From: Halodesulfurarchaeum sp.
Lineage (GTDB): Archaea > Halobacteriota > Halobacteria > Halobacteriales > Halobacteriaceae
Assembly (NCBI GenBank): GCA_042216015.1
Contig: JBDGUI010000014.1
Location: 9,935-73,934 of the forward strand
Length of the DNA: 64,000 nucleotides
Direction: 5' to 3'
Under the pieces are notes generated by a model. That model searched no databases, had not been told where the DNA came from, and was given only the letters and a program-made list of their open reading frames with translations. Both the position numbers and the translations under genes were made by a program. Positions 40,109 to 49,224 of the stretch are shown here, piece after piece. The first letter of the stretch is position 1. Each line of letters starts with the position of its first letter.

Positions 40109-40948
40109 CTACCCGAGAACGATGCTCATCCGACCGACGATAAACGCTGCGGCTGCCAGAAACATCCCATACTTCAACCACCGGTGTCCTCGCCCGGGAT
40201 CCGTCCGGCTCCGAACCAGCGCGGCGAGCATGAGCATATCGGCGGGGGCAACGACGCCGAGATACGGCAGCCCGAAGAGATCTGTCAGATAGGGAATCGG
40301 GCTCGCCAGGACAGCGATCACCAGTGACACCCCCGCGATACCGAACGCCGTTCCCGTTCCGAACGCGATCGGAAGCGTCCTGAGCCCCTCCGCTCGATCC
40401 CCGGCCACGTCCTCGATATCTTTGATGATCTCGCGCGAAAACGTCGAAAGCGCCGCGAGGGCGAAGAGGACGATCCCGTCCTGCACGCGGCCGACGGCGG
40501 CGGCCCCGAACAGGAACGTACTCCCGCCGAGATAGGCAACGAGCGCATTTCCGGCGCCTGGGCGACCCTTGAAAACCATCGTATAGGCCACGAGCCCCAG
40601 AAAATTGAGCAGGGCGATGAGAATGGCAACCGGTGGCAACGTCACTGCCAACCCGATGGCAGTCGCGAAGAGGACTGCACTCAAGATGATCGCTCCCCTC
40701 GGCGAGACGTCGCCTCGTGGAATCGGACGCTCGGGATTGTTGATCCGGTCGATGTCGCGGTCGAAGTAATCGTTGACCGCGTTTCCAGCTCCGGCCGCGA
40801 GCACGGTCGCCACTGCGGCCGCTCCCAGGAGCCAGGTGTCAGCCGTCAACCCAGCAGCGACGAATCCGCCGGTAAGGGTGAGTACACCCGCAGCGATGCT
40901 GTTCACCGGACGGGTGAGTTCGAGATGGCTCCGGACGGCACCGCACAT
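40109..40948 (-). CDS. Digeranylgeranylglyceryl phosphate synthase (UbiA family)
   Basis: LTRPVN, GNAVNDYFDRDIDRINNPERPIPRG, REIIKDIEDVAGD. Confidence 0.9.
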   Translation of the reverse strand: MCGAVRSHLELTRPVNSIAAGVLTLTGGFVAAGLTADTWLLGAAAVATVLAAGAGNAVNDYFDRDIDRINNPERPIPRGDVSPRGAIILSAVLFATAIGLAVTLPPVAILIALLNFLGLVAYTMVFKGRPGAGNALVAYLGGSTFLFGAAAVGRVQDGIVLFALAALSTFSREIIKDIEDVAGDRAEGLRTLPIAFGTGTAFGIAGVSLVIAVLASPIPYLTDLFGLPYLGVVAPADMLMLAALVRSRTDPGRGHRWLKYGMFLAAAAFIVGRMSIVLG

Positions 40949-41071
40949 GGAATCGCTGACCGTCGCCGCCGATATAAGTGGGACGACTCGGCGCGATCAT
41001 CGGCTTTTCCGGAGCCAGGCGACGGAAAAATTGACTGAGCAACTCTTTCCCACCGATACCCGCGCCGGACG

Positions 41072-41089
41072 CCTGGATTCGAATCCAGG
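41072..41089. promoter_or_regulatory. Perfect 18-bp palindrome between the divergent DGGGP synthase and tRNA-Arg genes
   Basis: CCTGGATTCGAATCCAGG equals its own reverse complement. Confidence 0.4.
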
Positions 41090-41145
41090 GCTCTGCCAAT
41101 TTGCATCGGGAGGTTTAACAGTCCCCTCGGCATACCGAAAATCAC

Positions 41146-41220
41146 GGGCGCTTAGCTCAGCTTGGACAGAGCACTTGGCTTCGGACCAAGGGGTCGCGGG
41201 TTCAAATCCTGCAGCGCCCA
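41146..41220 (+). tRNA. tRNA-Arg (anticodon TCG)
   Basis: GGGCGCT acceptor stem, CTTGG-CTTCGGA-CCAAG anticodon arm, GGTTCAAATCC T-loop. Confidence 0.96.
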
Positions 41221-41446
41221 TAGTCATTTTCGCTGCGCGAAAGCCACATTCTTCCATGAAGCGAAGTGGATGGACTGCCCGTGTGGATCGTTACAAATTC
41301 GGGGTACGGCCTTCGCAGCCGCGTGGCGAGGCCAACGGCCCCTTATAAAGAAAACGAAAGAAATCGAAGTATTTGAAGAGGAGAAAGTAAAAAGAGTTGA
41401 AAATACAGGTGGATCCTTTCAAGTGAGGGGGCGGTAGGGTTCCTGC

Positions 41447-41895
41447 ATGCAGCGGTCAGATCCTGACCCCGAATCCACCGAGGACAGTGATGGGAAAGAC
41501 ACACTAGCGTCAGGAACCCTTTCCCGTCGTCAAATGCTCGGGAGTGCAGGGGCGATCACCCTCACCTCGCTTGGCGGGTGTACAGGGGTTCTCGGCAGTG
41601 GAGGGGAGAAATCGGTATCCTATCGTCACAGATACAAGATGGAGGGACTCTCTCCGGCGGCCAACGTTGCTGGCGTCGAACTGGGAACCTGGGCATCGGA
41701 GGGATTGGATGTCACGTTTCATGAATCATCCGGCTCGCAAGCCACCGTCCAGGCAGTCAGCGGTGGCAAAGACGAGTTCGGGAATGCGTCGACGGCGGCC
41801 ATTCTTCAGGGAATCGAGGAGGGCGCTCCACTCACCGTCTTTGGTCACGTTCTCGAACCGATGAGCGGGGTGGTCTCCCTCGAAAAGACCGGGAT
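41447..41895 (+). pseudogene. Truncated ABC substrate-binding lipoprotein (NMT1/THI5-like)
   Basis: Tat motif SRRQML, lipobox LGGC, EGLDVTFHESSGSQATVQAV; similarity appears to end near 41890. Confidence 0.65.
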
Positions 41896-42117
41896 CGCCG
41901 TGAACGGATACTTCTCCGGATCCTCTCGGGAGGAAAGATACGTCGCAAGACCCAGTTCACTGACGTCGAACTCCTGCCGGCGGGCGAACGGTGGGTGTCG
42001 GCGTGGTGGATAGGTGACCGTAGTCGTCAGATCGATCCCTCTTGGCTCGACTTCGCCCGTGAGTAGCGCCCGGTTGAGATCGCTATTGTCGCAGCTCAGA
42101 GTGAGGTCGAGGGTCAT
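41880..42117 (-). pseudogene. N-terminal fragment of a 4,5-dihydroxyphthalate decarboxylase-like protein
   Basis: LTLSC...RALLTGEVEPRGIDL...EFDVSELGLATY...FTAIPVF, then similarity is lost. Confidence 0.6.
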
Positions 42118-42462
42118 TTCGTGATCGTTACATTCAATTTGCCAATAAGTCTTCGAAATGGCGTGACCGTCGATGAGTTGACGGTGAGAGGGGGAGCTAG
42201 CGAACAGCTTTGCTTATCAAAATTTCCGGGTTCATCCCCTGGAACAACGGTGGAGCCGGTACCGACGAGGCTGGCTGCAGATCTGCTTGCATCGTCCCTC
42301 ACCTTCGAATGAGCAGAAGTGGATAGACTCGTCGGAGTTAGACTATCGGATCATAGATACGCGATGTCGAAGCGTACTGTCGTCCTCCGAGCCGCACGAC
42401 ACCCACGAAGGTTTATGTCGCCACTCCAAGTAGGCACATCCCCCAGGGTGGGGAGTGACCGC

Positions 42463-42812
42463 ATGACAAACACCGAAGCCGTCTTCGAGCACCACGTCGA
42501 CGCGTTCGGGAATCAGGATCTCGAGGAGTCATGGTCGATTACACCGACGACTCCGTCGTCGTGACCAATTTGGGGATTTTCAGGGGCCGATCGGAAATCG
42601 AGGGGCTGTTCACCGACCTCTTCTAGGAATTCGTCAAAGAACCCACGACGCTCGAGGTTGACGAGATGATCGTCGAGGGGGAGTTCGCCTTTCTCCGCTG
42701 GGACGCCGAAACGCCGGACAACGTCTACGAATTCTGTACGGACACCTTTCACATCCCCGACGGAACGATCCAGTTCCAATCATTTGCCGGGAAAATCGAA
42801 CCGAAGGAATAG
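42463..42812 (+). pseudogene. SnoaL/NTF2-like protein, frameshifted with an internal stop
   Basis: MTNTEAVFEHHVDAFGNQDLEE / frameshift / VMVDYTDDSVVVTNLG...DLF* EFVK...AFLRWDAETPDNVYEFCTDTF. Confidence 0.75.
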
Positions 42813-42880
42813 CGAAAATTCCACTTCCCAGTCTCTGGAACGGTATCACCGATAATCACGATGCTTGAACCGCCCGGTAC

Positions 42881-43018
42881 TCAGGCGACCTGCTGGCGCT
42901 TGATGTCGACGTGGTGCCGTTCCTTCCGGGAGTGCCGTTCCATGGCGTCTGCCGCCTCGATTTGATCGTCACCTTCGAACGTCCAGCGGCAATCGGTGCA
43001 GGTGGCAACCCAGTTCAT
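42881..43018 (-). CDS. 45-aa putative zinc-binding micro-protein (CxxC...H..H), not in the ORF track
   Basis: MNWVATCTDCRWTFEGDDQIEAADAMERHSRKERHHVDIKRQQVA. Confidence 0.6.
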   Translation of the reverse strand: MNWVATCTDCRWTFEGDDQIEAADAMERHSRKERHHVDIKRQQVA

Positions 43019-43238
43019 GAGTGATTGTTCCGGGTATCGTGCCGGACAGGTCCAACCCGCGTGATGCTTGGTATGGGGGGCATGGGCTTGGAGCGGACGG
43101 CTCCGCCCTTACAGTACGATTAGTTGGTAAATTCAAATATCCTCCCCATGCACGGTGAAAGTGAAGGTAAACACGCAGCATCGGGAACGATTCGATGCTG
43201 GGGGTACTATTTTGGCGATGTGGACGTATTGCAGAAAC

Positions 43239-43559
43239 ATGGGATATACCAAAACGAACGCCCACGAGGTCGAACCGGTCAGCGAGGGAATGCACTTTCT
43301 GCGAGACCCACTCGAGTGTGAGAAGGTGGGGGTCACTCTCCTCGAGTGCGACCCCGGGTGGACCGGCATGGAACACGATCATGGAGAGGAGGACCACGAG
43401 GAGGTGTACCTGCTTCTGGAGGGAAGCGCCTCGGTGAAAATCGACGACGAGGACGTAAACATGGAAGCGGGAGACGCGGTTCGGATCGACCCCGCCGCCA
43501 CCCGTCAAATTCAAAACGGTTCCACCGAGAGCACGTTCGTCCTGGTCGGGGCTCCCTGA
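43239..43559 (+). CDS. Cupin domain protein
   Basis: HDH..EDHEEVYLLLEG...EAGDAVRI. Confidence 0.85.
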   Translation: MGYTKTNAHEVEPVSEGMHFLRDPLECEKVGVTLLECDPGWTGMEHDHGEEDHEEVYLLLEGSASVKIDDEDVNMEAGDAVRIDPAATRQIQNGSTESTFVLVGAP

Positions 43560-43644
43560 TCACTCGGGAAGGGGCTCACGACTTGCTGGCGACACCGCTC
43601 GCCCCAAACCCACTATTTTATCCGCTACCGGTTCAGGGGAGGGT

Positions 43645-44115
43645 ATGCTCAAAGAAGGGCCAAGTGCCCCGGGATTTACGCTGCCGAACCAGGCGGGTTC
43701 GGACGTCGCCCACTCCACGTTCGAAGGACAATTCGTCGTCGTGTCCTTCTACCCCCGTGCTGATACCCCCGGCTGCACGACCGAAGCCTGCAGTTTTCGA
43801 GATAAATGGGGAAAATTCGAGACACAGCACGTTCCGGTCCTCGGTATCAGCGACGATCCCGTCGAGGACCTCGCCGATTTCGCCGACAGGGACGGTCTCC
43901 CCTTCGACCTGTTGAGCGACGAGGACGGGTCGGTTGCCAGGGCCTACGATTCGCGCGGTGAGAAAAACGTGTTCGGGAACGAGGTCGAGGGGACGTTCCG
44001 CAATACGTCCGTCATTGCTCCCGACGGGCCGATCGCCGCAGTCCTCGAGGATGTCGATCCCGAGGAACACGCCACGGACGTTCTCGAAGAGATCGAAGCC
44101 CAACAGGGAACGTAG
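43645..44115 (+). CDS. bcp: Thioredoxin-dependent thiol peroxidase (Bcp/PrxQ)
   Basis: FYPRADTPGCTTEACSFRD. Confidence 0.88.
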   Translation: MLKEGPSAPGFTLPNQAGSDVAHSTFEGQFVVVSFYPRADTPGCTTEACSFRDKWGKFETQHVPVLGISDDPVEDLADFADRDGLPFDLLSDEDGSVARAYDSRGEKNVFGNEVEGTFRNTSVIAPDGPIAAVLEDVDPEEHATDVLEEIEAQQGT

Positions 44116-44362
44116 AAGAGTCATGGGGGAGACGAGTGACGGCCTTTGCCATCGCCCTGCATCCAGTTTGGAATCGGTCTGCAATGAACGGGGCCTCGAG
44201 AATTTGACGGGTGCCCGACGCCGTTCGTGATTGCCGGGAATCAGAGTGGAGCCAGAAAATGTAAAATGGCCTATATGACTGTCGGGCCCTGAAAATCGGC
44301 CCGATTACCGGCCCCGGCTCAGCCGTTCCACCTCACAAATCTCGGCCCGAGTAGTACCACTC

Positions 44363-44566
44363 CTAGCCGGCACTTTCGTCCTTGAGCCACGCTGCTCGGT
44401 CGATCGTGTAACCCCCACACTCCGGACACTCCTGATACTGCACTGCAAGCTCCGCCCCGCACTTCACACACCGATACGGTGTGTCTTCGGGGGATTTGCC
44501 CCCGAATATTCCCCGGAGAATGGGGAACGAGCGGATCGATTTCACACGTGAATTTAGTATCGCCAT
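44363..44566 (-). CDS. Small CPxCG-type zinc finger protein
   Basis: YRCVKCG...CPECGG; start uncertain. Confidence 0.65.
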   Translation of the reverse strand: MAILNSRVKSIRSFPILRGIFGGKSPEDTPYRCVKCGAELAVQYQECPECGGYTIDRAAWLKDESAG

Positions 44567-44926
44567 CGACTAAATACCCCAAGATCTTTCAATCGCTGGC
44601 AGGCGGGCAGATTGGGAGTTTTCGAAGGATTGTGGCCTGGAATTGAGCCACAAATCGAAATATTTCGGCCACCGTTCGACCGGGTGTGTTCGAACCGAGT
44701 GTGTCACACCCCTCAATTTCCCAATCAATTCATCTCTGAGACCAAGTCGGCGAGAAGGCCACATGCTCTGGTATCGTTCGGGTGCATCTTTTCGATCAAG
44801 GGGTCGGAGACCCGACTCGCTTCGGCCCGTCAACCACGCTTCACTTTCACCGTGCTTGGGAGAGGAATATATAGGGGCACGGTGATCGTGTACCCAGGGA
44901 AACAGCGACGGTCCCTCTTTGCAGCT

Positions 44927-45082
44927 ATGCCAGGCCAAACGTCGATTCAGGGGCGGTGTCCGAACTGTGGTGAGTCCATCGACGATCGGGACGTCCTCAT
45001 CAGTTACGAGCTTCCGAGCGGAACCGAGTATTACGCCGAGTGCCCGAGCTGTCTCGAGGTCGTCCATCCCGAAAGAAAGTGA
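44927..45082 (+). CDS. Small CPxCG zinc-binding protein
   Basis: GRCPNCGESI...VLISYE...YAECPSCLEVVHP. Confidence 0.75.
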   Translation: MPGQTSIQGRCPNCGESIDDRDVLISYELPSGTEYYAECPSCLEVVHPERK

Positions 45083-45173
45083 GTGAGTGCCCGGTGCTTT
45101 CGACGGTATCGAGGGGAGGAGAGATGTTGGCAATCCCGATAGCTTATCCCGCCGTGGACCCAACATCGATGAT

Positions 45174-45629
45174 ATGAGCGAAGAGCGAGTGATCGATCTC
45201 CTTCGGAAGGCCTACGGTGACGAGATGGAAACGGTCATGAACTATCAGACGAACGCGATCGTTCTCGATGGCGTTCGGGCCGAAGAGATCAAAGAGAGCC
45301 TGCAGGTAGACATTCAGGAAGAACTGTCCCACGCCCAGCAACTCGGCAACCGACTCAAACAGCTGGACGCCCGTCCACCGAGTTCGGCCGATTTCACTCC
45401 TCGACAGGAATCGCTTCAGCCACCGACCGACTCGACTGATGTCCTCTCGGTGATTCGGGGGGTTCTCGAGGCCGAGGAGGACGCGATCGAGACGTATCGA
45501 TCGCTCATTGCCGCAGCCCGCACCGCCGACGACCCAGTCACCGAGGACCTCGCGGTGACAATTCTCGCAGACGAGGAGGCCCACCGAACCGAATTTCGGG
45601 GCTTCGAGAAGGAATACCGGAACGGCTGA
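45174..45629 (+). CDS. Ferritin-like (bacterioferritin/Dps-like) diiron protein
   Basis: DEMETVMNY, EELSHA, EEDAIETY, DEEAH. Confidence 0.85.
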   Translation: MSEERVIDLLRKAYGDEMETVMNYQTNAIVLDGVRAEEIKESLQVDIQEELSHAQQLGNRLKQLDARPPSSADFTPRQESLQPPTDSTDVLSVIRGVLEAEEDAIETYRSLIAAARTADDPVTEDLAVTILADEEAHRTEFRGFEKEYRNG

Positions 45630-45655
45630 TTTCGAGTTTCTCACGGAAACACCAC

Positions 45656-45895
45656 ATGATAGAACTATACAGCCTCACCGGATGCCCGTACTGTGCGAAA
45701 GTCGAGGGGAAGCTGGAGGAACTCGGACTGGAGTACGAACGCCACGACGTTCCCAACCTTCGCTCCCGGCGCGAAACGGTAACGGAGGTCAGTGGCCAGA
45801 CAGGCGTCCCAGTCCTCGTCGATCCGGAAAACGACGTCTCGGGAATGCCGGAAAGCGACGACATCGTGAAGTATCTCGAACGGACCTACGGGTAA
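45656..45895 (+). CDS. Glutaredoxin-like protein
   Basis: CPYC, VSGQTGVPVLVD, ESDDIVKYL. Confidence 0.88.
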   Translation: MIELYSLTGCPYCAKVEGKLEELGLEYERHDVPNLRSRRETVTEVSGQTGVPVLVDPENDVSGMPESDDIVKYLERTYG

Positions 45896-45965
45896 GCCAG
45901 TGCCAACTCCAATCGGAGGAGACGATATCCAATCCCTTTTCCGGATGATGGCCCGTGGGGAGGAC

Positions 45966-46434
45966 ATGTCAATCGAATCCGGCGATTCGGTGACCATCGA
46001 ATATACGGGCCGGCTCCCAGACGGCACAGTCTTTGACACCTCCCGTCGATCCGTCGGCGAGAAAGCGGGACTGACCGACTCGGACCCGGATCGGGAGTAC
46101 AAGGCCCTGACTGCGACGGTGGGGACCGACGAGTTCATCGAGGGGATCGACGACGCACTGCTCGGCATGAAGGAGGGAGAATCGGTGACGGTCGAACTCC
46201 CAGGATGAAGCATACGGCGAATGGACGGACGAGCGCGTCAAAGAGTACGAGACCGACGAACTCGGCCCAAAGCTTGATGAGGAGATCCCCGAGGAGGGAA
46301 CCTATATTCAGACGGAAGACGGGTCGGTGGGGGAGATCGTCGCCGTCGATGAGGGCTCCATTCGTGTCGACTTCAACCACAGGCTTGCGGGTGAATCTCT
46401 CACATTCGATCTCGAAGTCATCGACGTCGAGTGA
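45966..46434 (+). pseudogene. FKBP-type (SlyD-like) peptidyl-prolyl isomerase with a frameshift near 46200
   Basis: GDSVTIEYTGRLPDGTVFDTS...VEL in one frame continues as DEAYGEW...VDFNHRLAGESLTFDLEV* in another. Confidence 0.8.
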
Positions 46435-46507
46435 GCCTCGAAGCGACGGTGGACACGGCGCGTGGAGGACCGATTCGTCCGACAGCGAGCTGAATGCCAA
46501 TGCGGTC

Positions 46508-46768
46508 TCAGACTGTACCCGGTTCTCTCGCGGCGCCCGCAGAAGTCCCGTCGGTGTATAGATACAGTCGGCAATGCCCGTGAGAATAGACGAGTTCAGT
46601 CACCGATTCAGTCCGCTTGAGTTCTTCAAGCGCCTCTCTGGGGGGCCGAGGCCGAAGGGTCGTGTTCTCGAGGAGGTCCCGCCGTGTGAGCGGCGCGTTC
46701 GTTCGAAGTTCCCGGTAGATGATTTGGACGTTCGGTGGAACCTCATCGCAGTCGCCTCGCGAATTCAT
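46508..46768 (-). CDS. Divergent winged-HTH regulator, paralogous to 3658-3918
   Basis: VPPNVQIIYRELRTNAPLTRRDLLENTTLRPRPPREALEEL aligns by eye with LPPSAKLVLKVLEYNGGLTQKQIVDKSRLSQRTVRDALDRL. Confidence 0.45.
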   Translation of the reverse strand: MNSRGDCDEVPPNVQIIYRELRTNAPLTRRDLLENTTLRPRPPREALEELKRTESVTELVYSHGHCRLYLYTDGTSAGAAREPGTV

Positions 46769-46917
46769 ATGTGAACGGTGGCATCCGTCGTGCCCAAGGA
46801 CAGGTTCCAACTGATTGGGTGGCTTTAAGCACTCGTCTCTCGATCGGTCCGAGCAGTACGGGCGGTTTTCGTGCGTGACCAACGACCTGCCAGACACCAA
46901 ATGGAAGGGGAATCGAT

Positions 46918-47859
46918 TTGTCGCATGTACCCCGCTTTCGACACGTGTCAACGAGTTTCGCCGGGCTGGAACGGCGGCCAACCCCGCTCATCGCGCTCGG
47001 AATCGCGATGGTTGCCATTAGCACGAGTGCGATTCTCGTCCGACTGAGCGAGGCGCCGAGTCTCATCAAAGCGTTCTATCGATCGCTCTTCACCACTCTC
47101 TTCCTGGCTCCGCTGGCGCTTCCCTACCGCGAGGAATTCGACCTGATTTCCCGCCGAGATGGGGGCTTCGCCGTGGCTGCGGGCGTCGCGTTGGCGGTTC
47201 ACTTTGCCGCCTGGTTCGAGTCTCTCGAGTGGACCAGCATCGCCGCTTCGGTGACCCTCGTCCAGACCCAACCCATATTCGTCGCGATCGCCGCCTGGGC
47301 AGTACTCGAGGAACGGCTCACGCCCAGGATGGTCGGCGGGATTCTGACGGCCCTCGTTGGATCGGTGCTCATGTCCGGGAGCGGGTTGCTAGAGAGCGGT
47401 GGCATCGGGGCGAATCCGCTCTTGGGGAATGCACTCGCGCTCCTCGGCGCGGTGATGGCTGCCGGCTACGTGCTTGCCGGACGGTCACTCCGCCAGCGGA
47501 TGTCGTTGATTCCCTACGTCCTGATCGTCTACGGCGTCGCGACGGTGGTCCTCTTCGTCCTCGCCGCGAGTGGTGGCCACCGGTTCACCGGCTATCCGGG
47601 GCGGGAATGGGTCCTCTTTCTGGCCATGGCGATCGGCCCAGGAATCCTCGGTCACACGCTCATCAACTGGGCACTCGGGTACGTCGAATCCACGGTTGTG
47701 AGTGTCACACTTCTCGTGGAACCACTCGGGAGTTCCCTCCTGGCCCTCGTGATCTTTTTCGAGGTCCCAAGTCGGTGGACCATCCTCGGTGGGATGATCG
47801 TCCTCGTCGGCATCTTCGTGACGGCCCGGAGTCGCCAGGCCGGGCACCCATCCCAGTGA
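46918..47859 (+). CDS. DMT/EamA family transporter
   Basis: 10 TM pattern, STSAILVR, HFAAWFESL, GHTLINWAL, EPLGS; start uncertain. Confidence 0.88.
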   Translation: MSHVPRFRHVSTSFAGLERRPTPLIALGIAMVAISTSAILVRLSEAPSLIKAFYRSLFTTLFLAPLALPYREEFDLISRRDGGFAVAAGVALAVHFAAWFESLEWTSIAASVTLVQTQPIFVAIAAWAVLEERLTPRMVGGILTALVGSVLMSGSGLLESGGIGANPLLGNALALLGAVMAAGYVLAGRSLRQRMSLIPYVLIVYGVATVVLFVLAASGGHRFTGYPGREWVLFLAMAIGPGILGHTLINWALGYVESTVVSVTLLVEPLGSSLLALVIFFEVPSRWTILGGMIVLVGIFVTARSRQAGHPSQ

Positions 47860-47959
47860 CTCGAGAGCGGGCCATTCGGGCGGAATCCCGATCGGTCCAC
47901 CGTCCTCGGTTGATTCGAATCGTCACGCACTTGGGCACCCATCGCGAATCGACGCCTGC

Positions 47960-48033
47960 GCCGCGGTAGCTCAGCCCGGCAGAGCAGTTGATTTGTAATC
48001 AACTGGTCGAGGGTTCGAATCCCTCCCGCGGCT
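47960..48033 (+). tRNA. tRNA-Thr (anticodon TGT)
   Basis: GCCGCGG acceptor stem, GTTGA-TTTGTAA-TCAAC anticodon arm, GGTTCGAATCC T-loop. Confidence 0.96.
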
Positions 48034-48148
48034 TAGATCTTTAGGTTTAGAGCCAAACTTATATAGGAATCTAAAGTCTGGGGGTGTTCTCCCTTGACTC
48101 TCGAAAAGCGTCGGTTCGAGGGTCGAGGAGTTGTCGAAGTTCGTCTCG

Positions 48149-49224
48149 TATACTGACGGACATAAATAATCACTCACATTAGGAACGGCAATTGACTCAA
48201 TCGCGGTCCAGATCGCGGGACGCAACTCGTCAAGGGACTCAAAGAACCGATTCCCAAGACGTCGTTTTAGCTGTCTCCAGCACTCTTCTACCGGATTCAT
48301 GTCTGGCGATCCGGTCGGCAAATACGTCACTTTCAGCGCCGACTCATCGATGAATTTCTGGACTTTCTGTGACGTAAAATACGTCGCATTATCGAGAATT
48401 ACGTGTAACTGTTGCCCAAATTGGGTTTGAAGAGCCTTCAAGAACTCGATGGTAACGTCGCTCTTGAACGAGTCTGCGACCTCGGTCACGAACAATTCAT
48501 CGTCCTCGGTGACGGCGCCAAGTAACTTTACGCCATCGTACGTTTTCCAATACGGCAACCCGATGCGCTTGCCTTCCGGGAACCACGCTCGATATAGCTC
48601 ACACCCGACGGCTTTCCGCGTTTGATCGATTGCTACTGTCGTATACTCCTCAGGAAGATTACTCGTCAGTTTTTTTGAGGTCTTCGCGAAACTCTTCGCG
48701 TTCGTCCTCGTCAGCGGTCGGCGGTTGCGGCCTCGGGGTCTGCCAGCTGAGACCCGCTTCCTTCAATAATCGCCGGACGTGACGGAGTGTGTACTCGACG
48801 CCGAACTCCTCTTTGAGATAGTGGCGAGCTATCTTCGGCGTCCAAGCCGGTGCGTCGATCCCGACCTCGTCAGGCGGTTTTTGGAACGCCTCTTCGAATT
48901 GCTCGCGTTGCTCGTCGGTGAGTTTCGTTGGTCTTCCAGGACGTGAATCATCGTAGATAGCCTCCATGAGCGGCTCTTCCTCCATTTCGTTGAACCAACG
49001 ATAGATGAGTCGCTCGCGGAGATCGAACCAGTCGGCGATCATCGGAACCGATGGACCCTGTTTGTACGAGATCGCTAGCATCAGGCGCTGTGTTGGCTTT
49101 TTCTCGTCAACCTGATCGAGCGCATCATGGAGTTGCTCTAGCGAGAGATTCTCTAGCTTGGGCATACAATATCTATCTAGCTCAAGCTAGTAAGTTCTGT
49201 CGATTATTATTGTCTCTTAGTATA
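48149..49224 (-). mobile_element. IS630-family insertion sequence (element 1)
   Basis: HTH ORF 48659-49165 plus DDE ORF (IDQT / LDNATY / NPVEECW) joined at an A7 tract; imperfect 23-bp TIRs at 48149-48171 and 49202-49224 (18/23) with terminal TA. Confidence 0.9.
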
